Below are positions 20,423 to 30,819 of a stretch of 64,000 nucleotides of DNA, piece by piece. This DNA is from a virus. Each line of letters begins with the position of its first letter. Positions within the stretch are counted from its first letter, which is position 1. The stretch covers positions 32,001-96,000 of IMG/VR virus record IMGVR_UViG_3300008516_000204; one strand, given 5' to 3'. A model generated the notes under the pieces. It did not search any database. It was not told the origin of the DNA and saw only the letters and a program-made list of their open reading frames with translations. The position numbers were made by a program, and so were the translations under genes.

Positions 20423-20623
20423 ATGAAAGACCCAAAAAGAATAAATAGAATATCAAAATTGATTGGGAAGATTTGGAGAAAAAATCCTAGTTTGAGATTA
20501 TGCCAATTAATAGGAAATTGCTTTAATTTTAGCACAAACGATACTTCAATAATAAACGATTTATATTATATAGAAGATGACGAATTGGAACGAAGATTAA
20601 GAGAGATATATAAGGAGGAATAA
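20423..20623 (+). CDS. Conserved phage hypothetical protein (DUF1040/YihD-like)
   Basis: DPKRI...IW...P.LRL.QLI.N...DLYYIEDD. Confidence 0.55.
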   Translation: MKDPKRINRISKLIGKIWRKNPSLRLCQLIGNCFNFSTNDTSIINDLYYIEDDELERRLREIYKEE

Positions 20624-20625
20624 AG

Positions 20626-20919
20626 TTGAGTCTGCATAAGACATTGAAGCCGAGAAGAAAAAAGGTTCGTTCCGTTCTAAAGAGACATGAAAGATTGGCA
20701 AAGGCTATTAGGGAACGGAATTGGCTCAAAAAGATGGGTGCATATGGTTTACCCAAGTTTAACCCACTAAAATTTAAAGTGAAAAAGAAAGAGGAAGAAG
20801 AGCAAACAACTACATTAGGTAAAGTTGATATTGTAGCACAGCATAAATTAGAGAAAGAAAAATTAAGAGAAGAAAAAAAACAGAGAAAGAAAGGGAAAGA
20901 TACAACTGGAATAAGATGA
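20626..20919 (+). CDS. PVC-superphylum signature 'small basic protein' homolog
   Basis: MSLHKTL...RSVLKRHERL......W....YGLPK fits the family pattern MS.H.S...R.VLKR.ER...W...GLPK. TTG start with AAGGAGG RBS. Confidence 0.75.
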   Translation: MSLHKTLKPRRKKVRSVLKRHERLAKAIRERNWLKKMGAYGLPKFNPLKFKVKKKEEEEQTTTLGKVDIVAQHKLEKEKLREEKKQRKKGKDTTGIR

Positions 20920-21518
20920 TTAAATATTGCCTATGTGGTAATAAAATAGATAAAAGGTCTAAAAATTGTAGAATATGTGCTAACTTGGGAATAAATAATC
21001 CAAGATATGAATTTAGTAAATATAATATAACTAAAGAATTTTTGATAGAAGAATATCTTAATAATAGAAATTCCATTTCTCAAATTGCAAGAAAGAAAAA
21101 ATGTTCCGAATCTTGTATTTATAGTAAATTGAAGAAATTTCAAATTCGGATTAGGACAAGAAGCGAAGCTAATAAAGGAATAAGTAGAGGTTTGGGTAAG
21201 AAACGACTTCCTTTTACAAAGGTGTGGAAAAGAAGAATTAGTGAAAACCATGCAGATTTTTCTGGTAAAAATAATCCCAGATTTGGTAAAAGATTATCCA
21301 AATAAACGAGAAGAAAAATCAGAACTACAAAAGTCAAACATCATGTTTATTTAAAAGAAAATAAAGACGATACGGTACTTATTAAGCAATCAATTCATCG
21401 TAAATTACACGCATATGCTTATAATTATTTAGTAGAACTTGGTTTAATTAAAAAATATATTAAATGGTTTGAAAAAAAATTGAAAATAAAATTAATGAAA
21501 ACTATGGGGAGGAAATAA
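20916..21518 (+). pseudogene. Free-standing HNH-variant endonuclease with an in-frame TAA
   Basis: TAA 21303-21305 lies in a NUMOD3-like motif (LSK*TRRKI). The frame continues to HHVYLKEN...H.KLH..AY..YIKWF, homologous to 36098-36739. Confidence 0.8.
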
Positions 21519-21524
21519 TAAGTA

Positions 21525-21614
21525 ATGAAAATTGTATTGTACATATTATTAGGTTATGCGGTGATGGCAATAATTTGCTTTTGTTTAGTGGTGAGAACAT
21601 TGAGTAGTATATAA
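21525..21614 (+). CDS. 29-aa single-TM microprotein
   Basis: MKIVLYILLGYAVMAIICFCLVVRTLSSI; GGAGG upstream. Confidence 0.45.
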   Translation: MKIVLYILLGYAVMAIICFCLVVRTLSSI

Positions 21615-21628
21615 ATGAAGGAGGAAAA

Positions 21629-21739
21629 ATGACATTGACTCCATTACAGCAGTTAATAATTATGGGAACTATCTATGTTTCTGTCTATGTTGGGATAGTT
21701 CTGTTTCTAAGACATTGTTACAGGAAAGATAAAAAATGA
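21629..21739 (+). CDS. 36-aa single-TM microprotein
   Basis: AAGGAGG RBS; MTLTPLQQLIIMG...RKDKK; ATGA coupling to the methyltransferase. Confidence 0.55.
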   Translation: MTLTPLQQLIIMGTIYVSVYVGIVLFLRHCYRKDKK

Positions 21740-23232
21740 AGCTCAAGAACCACCTATATTATTCAGAAAAAGGAATCAGGTTATACAATGCAGATTGTCT
21801 GGATGTTATGCGGAAACTGCCAGATGATTATGTGGATTTGATTGTAACCGATCCTCCTTATGGAATTTCCTTCATGGCAAAGGAGTGGGATACTTTTAAT
21901 GAGGTTAAGGATATTCAAAAAGAATTTAGTAATACTGTTTATGCTAAAAAAGGATTCAAGAAATTACCAAGAAATAAACCCTTTGGAATGATTAAATTTT
22001 TCGTGCCTATTTGGAAAGAAGCATTAAGAGTATTAAAGCCAGGAGCCTTTGCTTTTGTAATGTGTGCTCCTCGTCAGGATGTATTAAGTAAACAGATAGT
22101 AGCATTACAAGAGGCTGGATTTGAAACTGGGTTTAGTAGTGTTTATTGGAGTTATGCAACAGGATTCCCAAAAGCAAGTAATATAGGAAAGAAAATAGAT
22201 AAGAGATTAGGCAAAGAAAGAAAAATTATAGGAAAAAAACCAGGAAATTATGCTGATATTCGTAGAGACAAAAAAACAGGGCAGGATAGTCTTCATGGAG
22301 GGATTGCGACACAAAGAGAAAGAATAGAAAGTTTTATTACCGAACCAGCATCACCACAAGCCAAATCTCTTGATGGTTCTTATGGTGGCTTCCAACCCAA
22401 GCCAGCAGTTGAAATAATAATAGTAGCAATGAAACCTTTATCTGAAAAATCATATATAGACCAAGCATTAAAGAATAAACATGGTATTACATATTTAGAT
22501 AACTGTAGAATTCCTTATGAAAGTGATAATGACAAGAAGAAAGCCAAATTTGGGACTCAAACAGATATCAGGGGGAATGCTTATAATAAGAATAGACCAA
22601 GCGAGGGAAAAATTTATGCTAAAAATGTTTTATCATCCCAAAAAGGTCGTTTTCCCGCAAATTTGCTCGTGAGTAATGATGTATTAAATGATGGTGGGAA
22701 TTACAAAACAGGTAATCTGAATAGACGAGGTAATAGCAAATATTGGGGTTTAAATGGACAGGCTTTAAATCACAAGGGTAGTTCTGGTTCATATTCTCGT
22801 TATTTTTCACTTGATAAATGGTGGATAGAAAGAGTTAAAAAATTACCCCCAGAAGTTCAGAAAGTATTTCCTTATTTAATAGTGCCTAAAGCTAGTAAAA
22901 GAGAGAAAAATAGAGGATGCGAAAATTTACCTAAAAAACAAAAAGTATTTAATGGTCAAAGTAATCAATCATCTAAAGATATAAAAGATGTAGAAGAAAG
23001 ATTTACCACACAACCTACAAGTAATAATCACCCTACTGTAAAACCTATAAAACTCATGAGTTATCTCATTACTTTGGGAAGTAGGGAAAATGACATCGTA
23101 TTAGACCCGTTTGCTGGCTCTGGAACTACCTTGATTGCTTCCAAATTGCTCAATAGAAAAGGAATAGGAATTGAACTAAGCAAAGAATACTGCGAGATAG
23201 CGAAGCACAGGATAAAAGGTCGGTCAAAATGA
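21736..23232 (+). CDS. N6-A/N4-C DNA methyltransferase (beta class)
   Basis: TDPPYG, HPTVKP, LDPFAGSGTT, GIEL. Confidence 0.92.
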   Translation: MKLKNHLYYSEKGIRLYNADCLDVMRKLPDDYVDLIVTDPPYGISFMAKEWDTFNEVKDIQKEFSNTVYAKKGFKKLPRNKPFGMIKFFVPIWKEALRVLKPGAFAFVMCAPRQDVLSKQIVALQEAGFETGFSSVYWSYATGFPKASNIGKKIDKRLGKERKIIGKKPGNYADIRRDKKTGQDSLHGGIATQRERIESFITEPASPQAKSLDGSYGGFQPKPAVEIIIVAMKPLSEKSYIDQALKNKHGITYLDNCRIPYESDNDKKKAKFGTQTDIRGNAYNKNRPSEGKIYAKNVLSSQKGRFPANLLVSNDVLNDGGNYKTGNLNRRGNSKYWGLNGQALNHKGSSGSYSRYFSLDKWWIERVKKLPPEVQKVFPYLIVPKASKREKNRGCENLPKKQKVFNGQSNQSSKDIKDVEERFTTQPTSNNHPTVKPIKLMSYLITLGSRENDIVLDPFAGSGTTLIASKLLNRKGIGIELSKEYCEIAKHRIKGRSK

Positions 23233-23300
23233 CATTGTTGATTGCAGTGCTTTTAATTTTACTAGTAAGTTATGGAGTAGTTAAATTATTAAACTGGTGA
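23229..23300 (+). CDS. 23-aa hydrophobic microprotein
   Basis: MTLLIAVLLILLVSYGVVKLLNW; ATGA coupling. Confidence 0.4.
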   Translation: MTLLIAVLLILLVSYGVVKLLNW

Positions 23301-23304
23301 TGAT

Positions 23305-24123
23305 ATGAAGCAATATACTTTAGAACAATTTAAAACCAAATTGAATAAGATCTATTGCTGCGAGTGTTTGAAAGGAATGCAGGCTATACCAGATAAATCT
23401 GTAGATTTAGTAGTTACTTCTCCTCCCTACGATGCTATTAGAGATTATAAAGGATTTGGTTTGGATTTGAATAAAGTTGGAATTGAGTTAGGAAGAATAT
23501 TAAAAGAAGGAGGTATTTGTGTAATAGTTATTCAGGATCAAACTAAAAATTTTAGAAAGTCATTAACTTCTTTTAAAACTATAGTCAATTGGTGTGAAAA
23601 TACAGAGATGGATTTATTTGAGTGTGTAATTTATTCTCGTCAAGGGAGACCTGGAGCTTGGTGGAAAACAAGATTTAGAGTAGACCACGAATATATACCG
23701 ATTTTTTTAAAAGGGAAAAGACCTCAATATTTTGATAAATCTCATTTAACAGTTAAATTAGACCATAATTGGAGCGCAAAAGGAACAACTAGAATGACAG
23801 ATGGGAGAACTTTACATAATACAAGTGGAAATATTGGAAATACTAAAACACAAGGAACTATTTTTCATTATTCCAATTCTGCTTCTGAATCTTGCATTGA
23901 TAAAAAAATTAAACTCAAACATCCAGCAACTTTTCCAGATAAATTAGCGGAAGATTTTATTAAATGTTTTTGTCCAGAGAATGGAATTGTTCTTGACCCA
24001 TTTATGGGAAGTGGAACTACTTTAAAAATGGCTAAATTAAATGGTAGAAAGTTTATCGGTTTTGAAATATCGCAAGAATATGTAGATATCGCTAATAAAC
24101 GATTAGCAGAAATTAAGGATTAA
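23305..24123 (+). CDS. DNA methyltransferase, SPPY type (N4-C likely)
   Basis: TSPPY, HPATFP, LDPFMGSGTT. Confidence 0.92.
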   Translation: MKQYTLEQFKTKLNKIYCCECLKGMQAIPDKSVDLVVTSPPYDAIRDYKGFGLDLNKVGIELGRILKEGGICVIVIQDQTKNFRKSLTSFKTIVNWCENTEMDLFECVIYSRQGRPGAWWKTRFRVDHEYIPIFLKGKRPQYFDKSHLTVKLDHNWSAKGTTRMTDGRTLHNTSGNIGNTKTQGTIFHYSNSASESCIDKKIKLKHPATFPDKLAEDFIKCFCPENGIVLDPFMGSGTTLKMAKLNGRKFIGFEISQEYVDIANKRLAEIKD

Positions 24124-24125
24124 AT

Positions 24126-26666
24126 ATGTCTATATACTGCACAAAATGTCCTTTACACTTAACAAGCTTTACAAACGACAAGAAACATAAGGTAATCTGT
24201 CTTTCTGGTTGTGGCTCTAAATCTGCCAAGATTATGCTCATCGGCGAAGCACCAGGGAATGATGAGCTATTTAAGAAAGAGCCATTTGTGGGCAAGGCAG
24301 GCAAAGAACTGGACAAATGTTTGAAAGAGGCAGGGATAAATCGAGCCGAGATATTTTTGAGCAATAGTTGTCGTTGCCGACCACCAGATAATCGTGACCC
24401 AAATGCCAAAGAACTAAAAGCCTGCCGAGAATTTTTGGTGAATGAGATAAACGCTATCAAACCCAATGTCATCGGGCTTCTCGGTAATATAGCGATGAAG
24501 CAGGTTCTGGGCAAAACTGGTTCACTAAAGTATCAGGGGCAACCATTTTGGAGCGATGAGTTTCAGGTTACTTGTATACCACTTATTCATCCCAGTTATA
24601 TTATTAGAAATCAGGATAATATGGAGATTAGGGAGAAATTTATCAATGCCCTCAAATTTGTTAAGGAAGCCAGCAAAACTAAAAATCCAATTAAGCGGAA
24701 AGTTTCACCAGTTAAATATGTAGTTTGCGATAATATGAAGAAAGTTAAGGCACTATTTTCAAGATTAAGGCAGATTAAAGAGAATTCTATTGACACAGAA
24801 TCGACTTCCTTGCGACCTTATAATGGCAAATTGCTTTGTGCGTCTTTTAGCTGGAAGGAAAATACTGGAATAGTCCTGCCTATTTTGGGCAGAAACCTCA
24901 AGCGGATTTGGAACAATCAGCAATATAATTGGATCTTGGGCGAGCTTCGCAAATATTTTAGTAGAAAAAATGTCAAGAAAATATATCAAAATGGTAAGCA
25001 TGATATTCAATGGTTCAAATATCACCTCGGCATAGAAAGCACGATAGAGTTTGATACTCAGTTGGCTCATTATTCTTTGAATATGGAATCGCCTCGACAC
25101 AGTCACGGACTAAAGGAAATGGCTTGGACTTTTACAGATATGGGGAACTATGCTGAAAAAGTTGACCCAAAACAATTTGGCGACCCAAAATATATTAAAG
25201 AACATTACGATGATATAATGCAATATGCCTGTGCGGATGCCGATTGCACTTTCAGGATTTACCGCAAATTATCGCCACAAATTACAAAAGAAAAAATGGA
25301 CTATGTTCTTTATAACATAATGCTTCCAGAATCCATAGTCTTGGCAGATATTGAACTAAATGGTGTCCAAATTGACAGGAAAAAATTGGAACGACTAAAA
25401 TTTCAGTATGCTCGCAACTTGAATGCAACCGAAACCAAACTTTATTCTCTGCCAGCGATTAAAACAGTTGGGAACAAGCAATATAAGAAACTTGTTGATA
25501 AGCAGAAAGCCAAGTATAAAAATTCCAAAATAATTAAGAAGCGACACACATTAAAAGAATATCTGGACAAGGTTGAGCGACCCAAGTTCAATTTCAAATC
25601 GCACCAGCAATTAGCCATATTGTTTTATGATATTTTGAAAATGCCCAAACCAGAGAAAACGAAGAAGGGAACAGCATTATCCACAGATAAAAAGACATTG
25701 GAAAAATTGGAAGGGAAACATCCCGTTATAAAACTGATTCTCAAATATAAGAAGCTGACGAAGATGTATAATACTTATATCTGCCCGACACTTGAATCTT
25801 TGGATGAGAACGACAGGATACACACGGAATATAATCAGCACATCACTCGGACTGGTAGAATTTCGTCAAGCAGACCGAATCTCCAGAATGTTCCGAAGGA
25901 GTATGGCAAGGATTTTAGGGACTGTTTTATAGCAAAAAAGGGACATAGACTATTGGAAGCAGATTCGAAACAAATCGAGTTTAGAGTATTGGCACATTTA
26001 TCCCAAGACCAGAGAATGATTGCTGATATAAAAAGTGGAAAAGATATTCATACCATTACAGCATCAAGATTGTATAGGACAAAAGAAGAAGATGTTACCA
26101 AGGAACAGCGTGATAAAAGCAAGCCATTCGTTTTCGGCGTACCTTATGGTCGTGGTGCGAAAGCCATCGCTGAACAATATAAGCTGACGCTGAAAGAGGC
26201 GGAGGAACAGTTGAGATACTTCAATCAGATTTATCCGAGGGCTTCCAGATGGAACAAGGCAGCAGTGAGTGGTGCTAAAAGACACGAATATGTTAAGAGT
26301 TGGTTCGGGAGAAAAAGACCACTATTCCATATTAATGATAAGGATAAAATGTTGTCCGAGAAAGACGAGAGAAAAGTCGTGGCATCGGCTGTCCAATCAA
26401 CCGCTTCAGACATTGTTGCCTTGCAAATGGTTGAGGTATATAAGAGATTAAGGGCGAATACCAAATCCAGAATTGTGCTAACCATTCACGATAGCATTGT
26501 AAGCGAAGTTCCCGACAATGAGATTGAAAAGGTTACAGGAATAGTAAAAGAGGAGATGACCAAAGCTCCTAAAGGATTCAGAGTTCCTCTGGATACCGAT
26601 GTCAAGGTCGGGGAACAATGGGGTTCTATGCACGATTCAGATAAGGTTGAAAGCGAGGAAGAATAA
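24126..26666 (+). CDS. polA: Family-4 uracil-DNA glycosylase fused to family A DNA polymerase (3'-5' exo + pol)
   Basis: GEAPG..E..PFVG.AG, CRP, HPS and Fe-S Cys (UDG4); DTES, HD, YACAD (exo); TGRISS..PNLQN, ADSKQIE, R..K...FG..YG, IHDS (pol). Confidence 0.95.
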   Translation: MSIYCTKCPLHLTSFTNDKKHKVICLSGCGSKSAKIMLIGEAPGNDELFKKEPFVGKAGKELDKCLKEAGINRAEIFLSNSCRCRPPDNRDPNAKELKACREFLVNEINAIKPNVIGLLGNIAMKQVLGKTGSLKYQGQPFWSDEFQVTCIPLIHPSYIIRNQDNMEIREKFINALKFVKEASKTKNPIKRKVSPVKYVVCDNMKKVKALFSRLRQIKENSIDTESTSLRPYNGKLLCASFSWKENTGIVLPILGRNLKRIWNNQQYNWILGELRKYFSRKNVKKIYQNGKHDIQWFKYHLGIESTIEFDTQLAHYSLNMESPRHSHGLKEMAWTFTDMGNYAEKVDPKQFGDPKYIKEHYDDIMQYACADADCTFRIYRKLSPQITKEKMDYVLYNIMLPESIVLADIELNGVQIDRKKLERLKFQYARNLNATETKLYSLPAIKTVGNKQYKKLVDKQKAKYKNSKIIKKRHTLKEYLDKVERPKFNFKSHQQLAILFYDILKMPKPEKTKKGTALSTDKKTLEKLEGKHPVIKLILKYKKLTKMYNTYICPTLESLDENDRIHTEYNQHITRTGRISSSRPNLQNVPKEYGKDFRDCFIAKKGHRLLEADSKQIEFRVLAHLSQDQRMIADIKSGKDIHTITASRLYRTKEEDVTKEQRDKSKPFVFGVPYGRGAKAIAEQYKLTLKEAEEQLRYFNQIYPRASRWNKAAVSGAKRHEYVKSWFGRKRPLFHINDKDKMLSEKDERKVVASAVQSTASDIVALQMVEVYKRLRANTKSRIVLTIHDSIVSEVPDNEIEKVTGIVKEEMTKAPKGFRVPLDTDVKVGEQWGSMHDSDKVESEEE

Positions 26667-27005
26667 ATGAAACACAAAAATCATGAATGGCAATTAACCA
26701 ATTTGGAATTATCTAAACGCTTAAAGGAATTAGGAGTAAAGCAAGAGAGTTTGTGGTGGTGGGTTAATTTTGAAGGTATTTCAAAAGATGACCCTGCTTA
26801 TGGCGGTTATCCTGATTGGCAATTAGTGCAAGAAGATAATGATTTTAGCGATAGAGATGCTTACTCCGCCTTTACTGTTGCTGAATTGTATCAAATTCAT
26901 TGGAAAGCATTTGGCAGATTTCCAAGCGTAATAGGACTTAAGCCTACTCAAATAGCAAATTATTTAGCAGAAGAACTTATAGAGAGAAAAAAGAAATATA
27001 AATGA
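26667..27005 (+). CDS. Conserved phage hypothetical protein
   Basis: LELSKRLKELGV.Q.S..WW...SAFTVAEL pattern. Confidence 0.55.
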   Translation: MKHKNHEWQLTNLELSKRLKELGVKQESLWWWVNFEGISKDDPAYGGYPDWQLVQEDNDFSDRDAYSAFTVAELYQIHWKAFGRFPSVIGLKPTQIANYLAEELIERKKKYK

Positions 27006-27436
27006 AACTATTTGACATCAAATTCAACACCATACCTGTCAGAAAATGGCTAAACGAGCATCGATGCCATAGAAAAAGGCAGTTCTCGGCATATGACGAG
27101 GAAAATCATGGGATAGTTTGTGTAAAATGTCTGGATTGCAATCAACTTTTTATATTGGATGAGATAGGAGGTTTGAGATGAAGATAGCAACTAAATTAAA
27201 TATGCTCCCAACTAATATTATAGGGAAACCTGTAAAATATGATAGAATTAAAGTTGGAAAGATAATTGAGGTTAATAGTCCTACCCAAGGTTTTGTAACT
27301 ATAAAAATAGATACTAAATATTGTAAGTTATTAAGAGAGCTTATAAGAAGCAAATTAGTAAAAACACAAATAAAAGCAGATAATTTATTGCTCTATTCAG
27401 AAAAAAGATTCCCTCAAAAGATAAAGGAGGAATAAA

Positions 27437-27625
27437 ATGAAGATAACCAAAGTTGTTCGTGGGTTCGGGAAAAATATCAATCTGGGCAACTATGAATCGG
27501 CTCGGTTCTTCGCCTCACTGGAAGCCGAAGTCAACGATGGCGATGATGTCAAGAAAGTTTCCAAGCAGCTTCAAAAGGGCGTGGAACATCTCGTTAATCA
27601 GGATATTAAGAAATACAAAGGATAG
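27437..27625 (+). CDS. Conserved phage hypothetical protein
   Basis: INLGNYESAR motif; AAGGAGG RBS. Confidence 0.6.
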   Translation: MKITKVVRGFGKNINLGNYESARFFASLEAEVNDGDDVKKVSKQLQKGVEHLVNQDIKKYKG

Positions 27626-28041
27626 AAGGAATTAATGTTTTATAAAATATATAGATATTTAGCAGAATTTTTCTTGGAAAGATGTGGTTTTCTGCCAACA
27701 GAAATAAAAAGAGTATTTGCTACGCATTTAGTAAAAAATATTCCAACTGGTGAGAAATTTTGCATAGCTCCAGAGAATATAGAGAATAGCCAAGTTTCGC
27801 TTCAAGAAATAAAAGAAATATGCTCTTCAGTTGAATATAGTGCTGAAGAAGATTTGTATAACTGCATAAGATAGGAGCTCCAAATATGGAAAAAAAAGAT
27901 GATATCATACTATCTCGAAGTGAGCAAGGCTTATGTCCTTTTTGCAAAGAACTTATCGGAACAGATTTTAAAGTAGTAGAATACAGAGGTAAAAAAATTT
28001 GGGTTTGTAAAAAACACCCAATAAGCGAATAGGAGGCTAAT

Positions 28042-28482
28042 ATGAAAACCTTGGACAGAATCATCAGGGAACTCAAGCTGACCGACGACATCAAGCGGAT
28101 TTCGAAGGTCGAGCAGCGAATCCCCAGAAATGGCATTATCCCAGAAAACGATGCCATGATATTGCATGTGCTATTCCTGCAAGCAAAAATGAAGCTGACA
28201 GACTTGGTAACGAAAGCCAAGAGGTATGAGCAGCACATAAAGATAACGAGGAATAATAAGTTAAATCTGCTTACATCCAAATCTGGCGAAAAAAGCGAGG
28301 CTGCGAAGTTGAGGATAGCACATGGTAATAAGGAGTGGCAGGTTTTGCAAGAGGAGAGGGTAAATGCAGAAATTCTGGTGGACTGGCTTATAAACAAGCG
28401 TCGGGATTTTGGGGATGCTTCTATTATGTGCCGAGAAACATTGAAGTTTGTGCGTGAGGATAAAAATCAAGAACAAAAATAA
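28042..28482 (+). CDS. Helical protein, possibly a UvsY-like recombination mediator
   Basis: Long helices; lies just upstream of the SSB-like gene in the recombination block. Confidence 0.3.
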   Translation: MKTLDRIIRELKLTDDIKRISKVEQRIPRNGIIPENDAMILHVLFLQAKMKLTDLVTKAKRYEQHIKITRNNKLNLLTSKSGEKSEAAKLRIAHGNKEWQVLQEERVNAEILVDWLINKRRDFGDASIMCRETLKFVREDKNQEQK

Positions 28483-28501
28483 ATGATAAGGAGGTGTGAA
28501 A

Positions 28502-29050
28502 ATGGCTGACAGAAAAGACAATAACGACCTTGCCAACTTCGAGGTTAAAGTCAGTGATGGTCAGGGTGGCGATTATTATCTTCTGCCCGAACGGACTTGG
28601 TTAGCAGCAAAATTAATCGCTGTAAAATCCAAGAATACCCAAAAGGGGCAGAGAGCCAACTTTGTCTATGAAACAGTCAAGGAATATGATGGCGAAACTC
28701 GTAGAGCATATCGTTCAGTTCCGCTTCATAAGACTGTTACAGAGAAGGCTGATTTATATGTAACCATAGCTGAACATCTTGGCAGACCTTTGGAAGTTGA
28801 TGAGAGCGTTAAACTTGGTGATTTGACTGGGAAAGTTTATCTCATTTCTTTGGATAATAAAGAAGTCGGGGAAAATACTTACCAGAATGTTACCAAGGTC
28901 AAGCCTTACAAGGGAAAGGGCAAAACTACCACTCGTCGCAGACCTGTGGAGATAGCAGAAGAAGAACCCTTACTTGTAGATGATGATTTGAAGGAAACAC
29001 AGGCAGAACCACAAGAGGAAGAAATTAGCGAGGAAGAGCTTCCTTTCTAA
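28502..29050 (+). CDS. Single-stranded DNA-binding protein (OB-fold-like)
   Basis: Beta-rich core ending YQNV..V, and an acidic tail ending EEELPF. Confidence 0.7.
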   Translation: MADRKDNNDLANFEVKVSDGQGGDYYLLPERTWLAAKLIAVKSKNTQKGQRANFVYETVKEYDGETRRAYRSVPLHKTVTEKADLYVTIAEHLGRPLEVDESVKLGDLTGKVYLISLDNKEVGENTYQNVTKVKPYKGKGKTTTRRRPVEIAEEEPLLVDDDLKETQAEPQEEEISEEELPF

Positions 29051-29056
29051 TTAAAA

Positions 29057-29099
29057 TGCTTAATCGGTGGGGTGTCCAAGCGATACCCCACCTAAAGCA
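29057..29099 (+). terminator. GC-rich stem-loop after the SSB gene (terminator or processing/stability hairpin)
   Basis: GGTGGGGTGTC-CAAGC-GATACCCCACC: 11-bp stem with one G-U pair, extendable by TGCTT/AAGCA. No clear U-tract. Confidence 0.6.
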
Positions 29100-29118
29100 A
29101 ATTTAAAAAGGTATAATA

Positions 29119-29745
29119 ATGAAAGTAATTGATTTATTTTGCGGTGCTGGTGGAGCCAGTATAGGTTTGAAGCAAGCAGGCTTTAATTATATTCTTGGTA
29201 TTGATATAAATAATCAACCAGAATATCCTTTTGAGTTTATTAAATCTAATGTATTTGATATGGATGCTAATTTTTTAAGGCGATTTGATTTTATTTGGGC
29301 TTCACCGCCTTGTCAAAAATATACTTGGGCTTCAAAGAAGTGGCAAAATAGGGGCAAAAAATATCCTGATTATATTAAAAGAACTAGAGAAATGCTTTTA
29401 AAAGTTAGCAAACCCTTTGTTTTAGAGAATGTTATTAATGCACCATTAAGAAAAGACTTAATTCTTTGTGGTGAGATGTTTAACCTAAAAGTTATAAGGC
29501 ATAGGATTTTTGAAATCGAAGGTTTTCAAGCAGAACAACCAAAACATAAGAAGCACAAAGGAACAGTAAGACAAGGATATTATGTTACTGTTGCGGGTCA
29601 TGGTGGAGATGGTAAAGCAAGTTTAAAAAGTTGGCAAGAAGCGATGAAAATTAATTGGATAGCAGATAAAAAAATGTTAGCAGAGGCAGTTCCTCCAGCT
29701 TATGCAAAATATATCGGAGAACAATTTATAAAATGCAAATCCTAG
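29119..29745 (+). CDS. Short C5 cytosine DNA methyltransferase
   Basis: DLFCGAGG, SPPCQ, LENV, RHR.FE, EAVPPAY. Confidence 0.9.
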   Translation: MKVIDLFCGAGGASIGLKQAGFNYILGIDINNQPEYPFEFIKSNVFDMDANFLRRFDFIWASPPCQKYTWASKKWQNRGKKYPDYIKRTREMLLKVSKPFVLENVINAPLRKDLILCGEMFNLKVIRHRIFEIEGFQAEQPKHKKHKGTVRQGYYVTVAGHGGDGKASLKSWQEAMKINWIADKKMLAEAVPPAYAKYIGEQFIKCKS

Positions 29746-30329
29746 GAATTGATTTAGACACGAATTACTGTGGTGTCGCAATATTAGACCATAACCTACG
29801 CTTAATTAAGCGAAAGCTCCTTACTCTATCTGGCAAGACGGAAATTCAGAAAATGATTGAATTGGCTTTTTACATCTATTCTATTAAGCACAGTATTGAT
29901 GAGATAGTTATTGAGGATACTTTTATGGCGAAAAATGCCAAAACATTTAAACATTTATCAAGATTGGCGGGAGCAATTGAGTATCTCTGTTATCGCAAGT
30001 TTAATAAAGAGGCACATTTTATTATGGCACGACAAGCACGAGGGTATTCACAGCTTAAGGGCAACTGCAAAAAAATAGAAACCCAGTTAAAAATTGCCAA
30101 GGAATATGGATTGGTGGATGACAAGATTTTTTATAAGTATCATGGCAAAATCGGAAACCTGTATCAGCAATACAAGGACAAGAAAATAACCAAGGGGCAG
30201 TTCGACTACCGAGCCGACAAAAAGTTTAGCGAGGAGTTTTTCGAGGAAACCAAATTATCAAATCACGAGGCTGATGCTGTGATTATCGGCAAGGCACTAA
30301 TTCTGCGATTAAAGGAGAAAAAGATATGA
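29733..30329 (+). CDS. RuvC-like Holliday junction resolvase
   Basis: ILGIDL...G.A, VIED, EADA RNase H-fold motifs. Confidence 0.7.
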   Translation: MQILGIDLDTNYCGVAILDHNLRLIKRKLLTLSGKTEIQKMIELAFYIYSIKHSIDEIVIEDTFMAKNAKTFKHLSRLAGAIEYLCYRKFNKEAHFIMARQARGYSQLKGNCKKIETQLKIAKEYGLVDDKIFYKYHGKIGNLYQQYKDKKITKGQFDYRADKKFSEEFFEETKLSNHEADAVIIGKALILRLKEKKI

Positions 30330-30819
30330 GTTTTTATTGCAAATCCTGCGGACTTGCTCCAAAAGGAGTGAAGCAACAGAAGGTAGTAACCAAGGCGAGA
30401 AATGTAAAATACCTTTTTCGCAATATCTATCTCAGTAGGCAGATCGATAACATTACTGGTATCCCCAAACTTATCCCCTCAGCTCCTAAAGTCGTGAAAG
30501 AAACCTCTGGATTTGAGATAATTGAACAGACTATCTACTGTCCTAAATGTGCACCAGAGGATGACAAACCCGAAGTTGTGGGAACAGTTAATAGGTATAT
30601 CGACAGAACCGTTTATGTGAGGGACAGGGAAAAGAGAGGGATGTTTAGCAGGAGGAGAAGGTAAGATGTATGGACATATCCAATGCAATAAGCATACAAG
30701 GCAGTTTCCCGAACTGGGAATTCGAATTGAATATTTTCGTCGAACTAAAGGTAGAAAGATTCATATGACTGTATCTCTATGGACTATCAGAATATATCTT
30801 TTTATATAAGGAGAAATAA

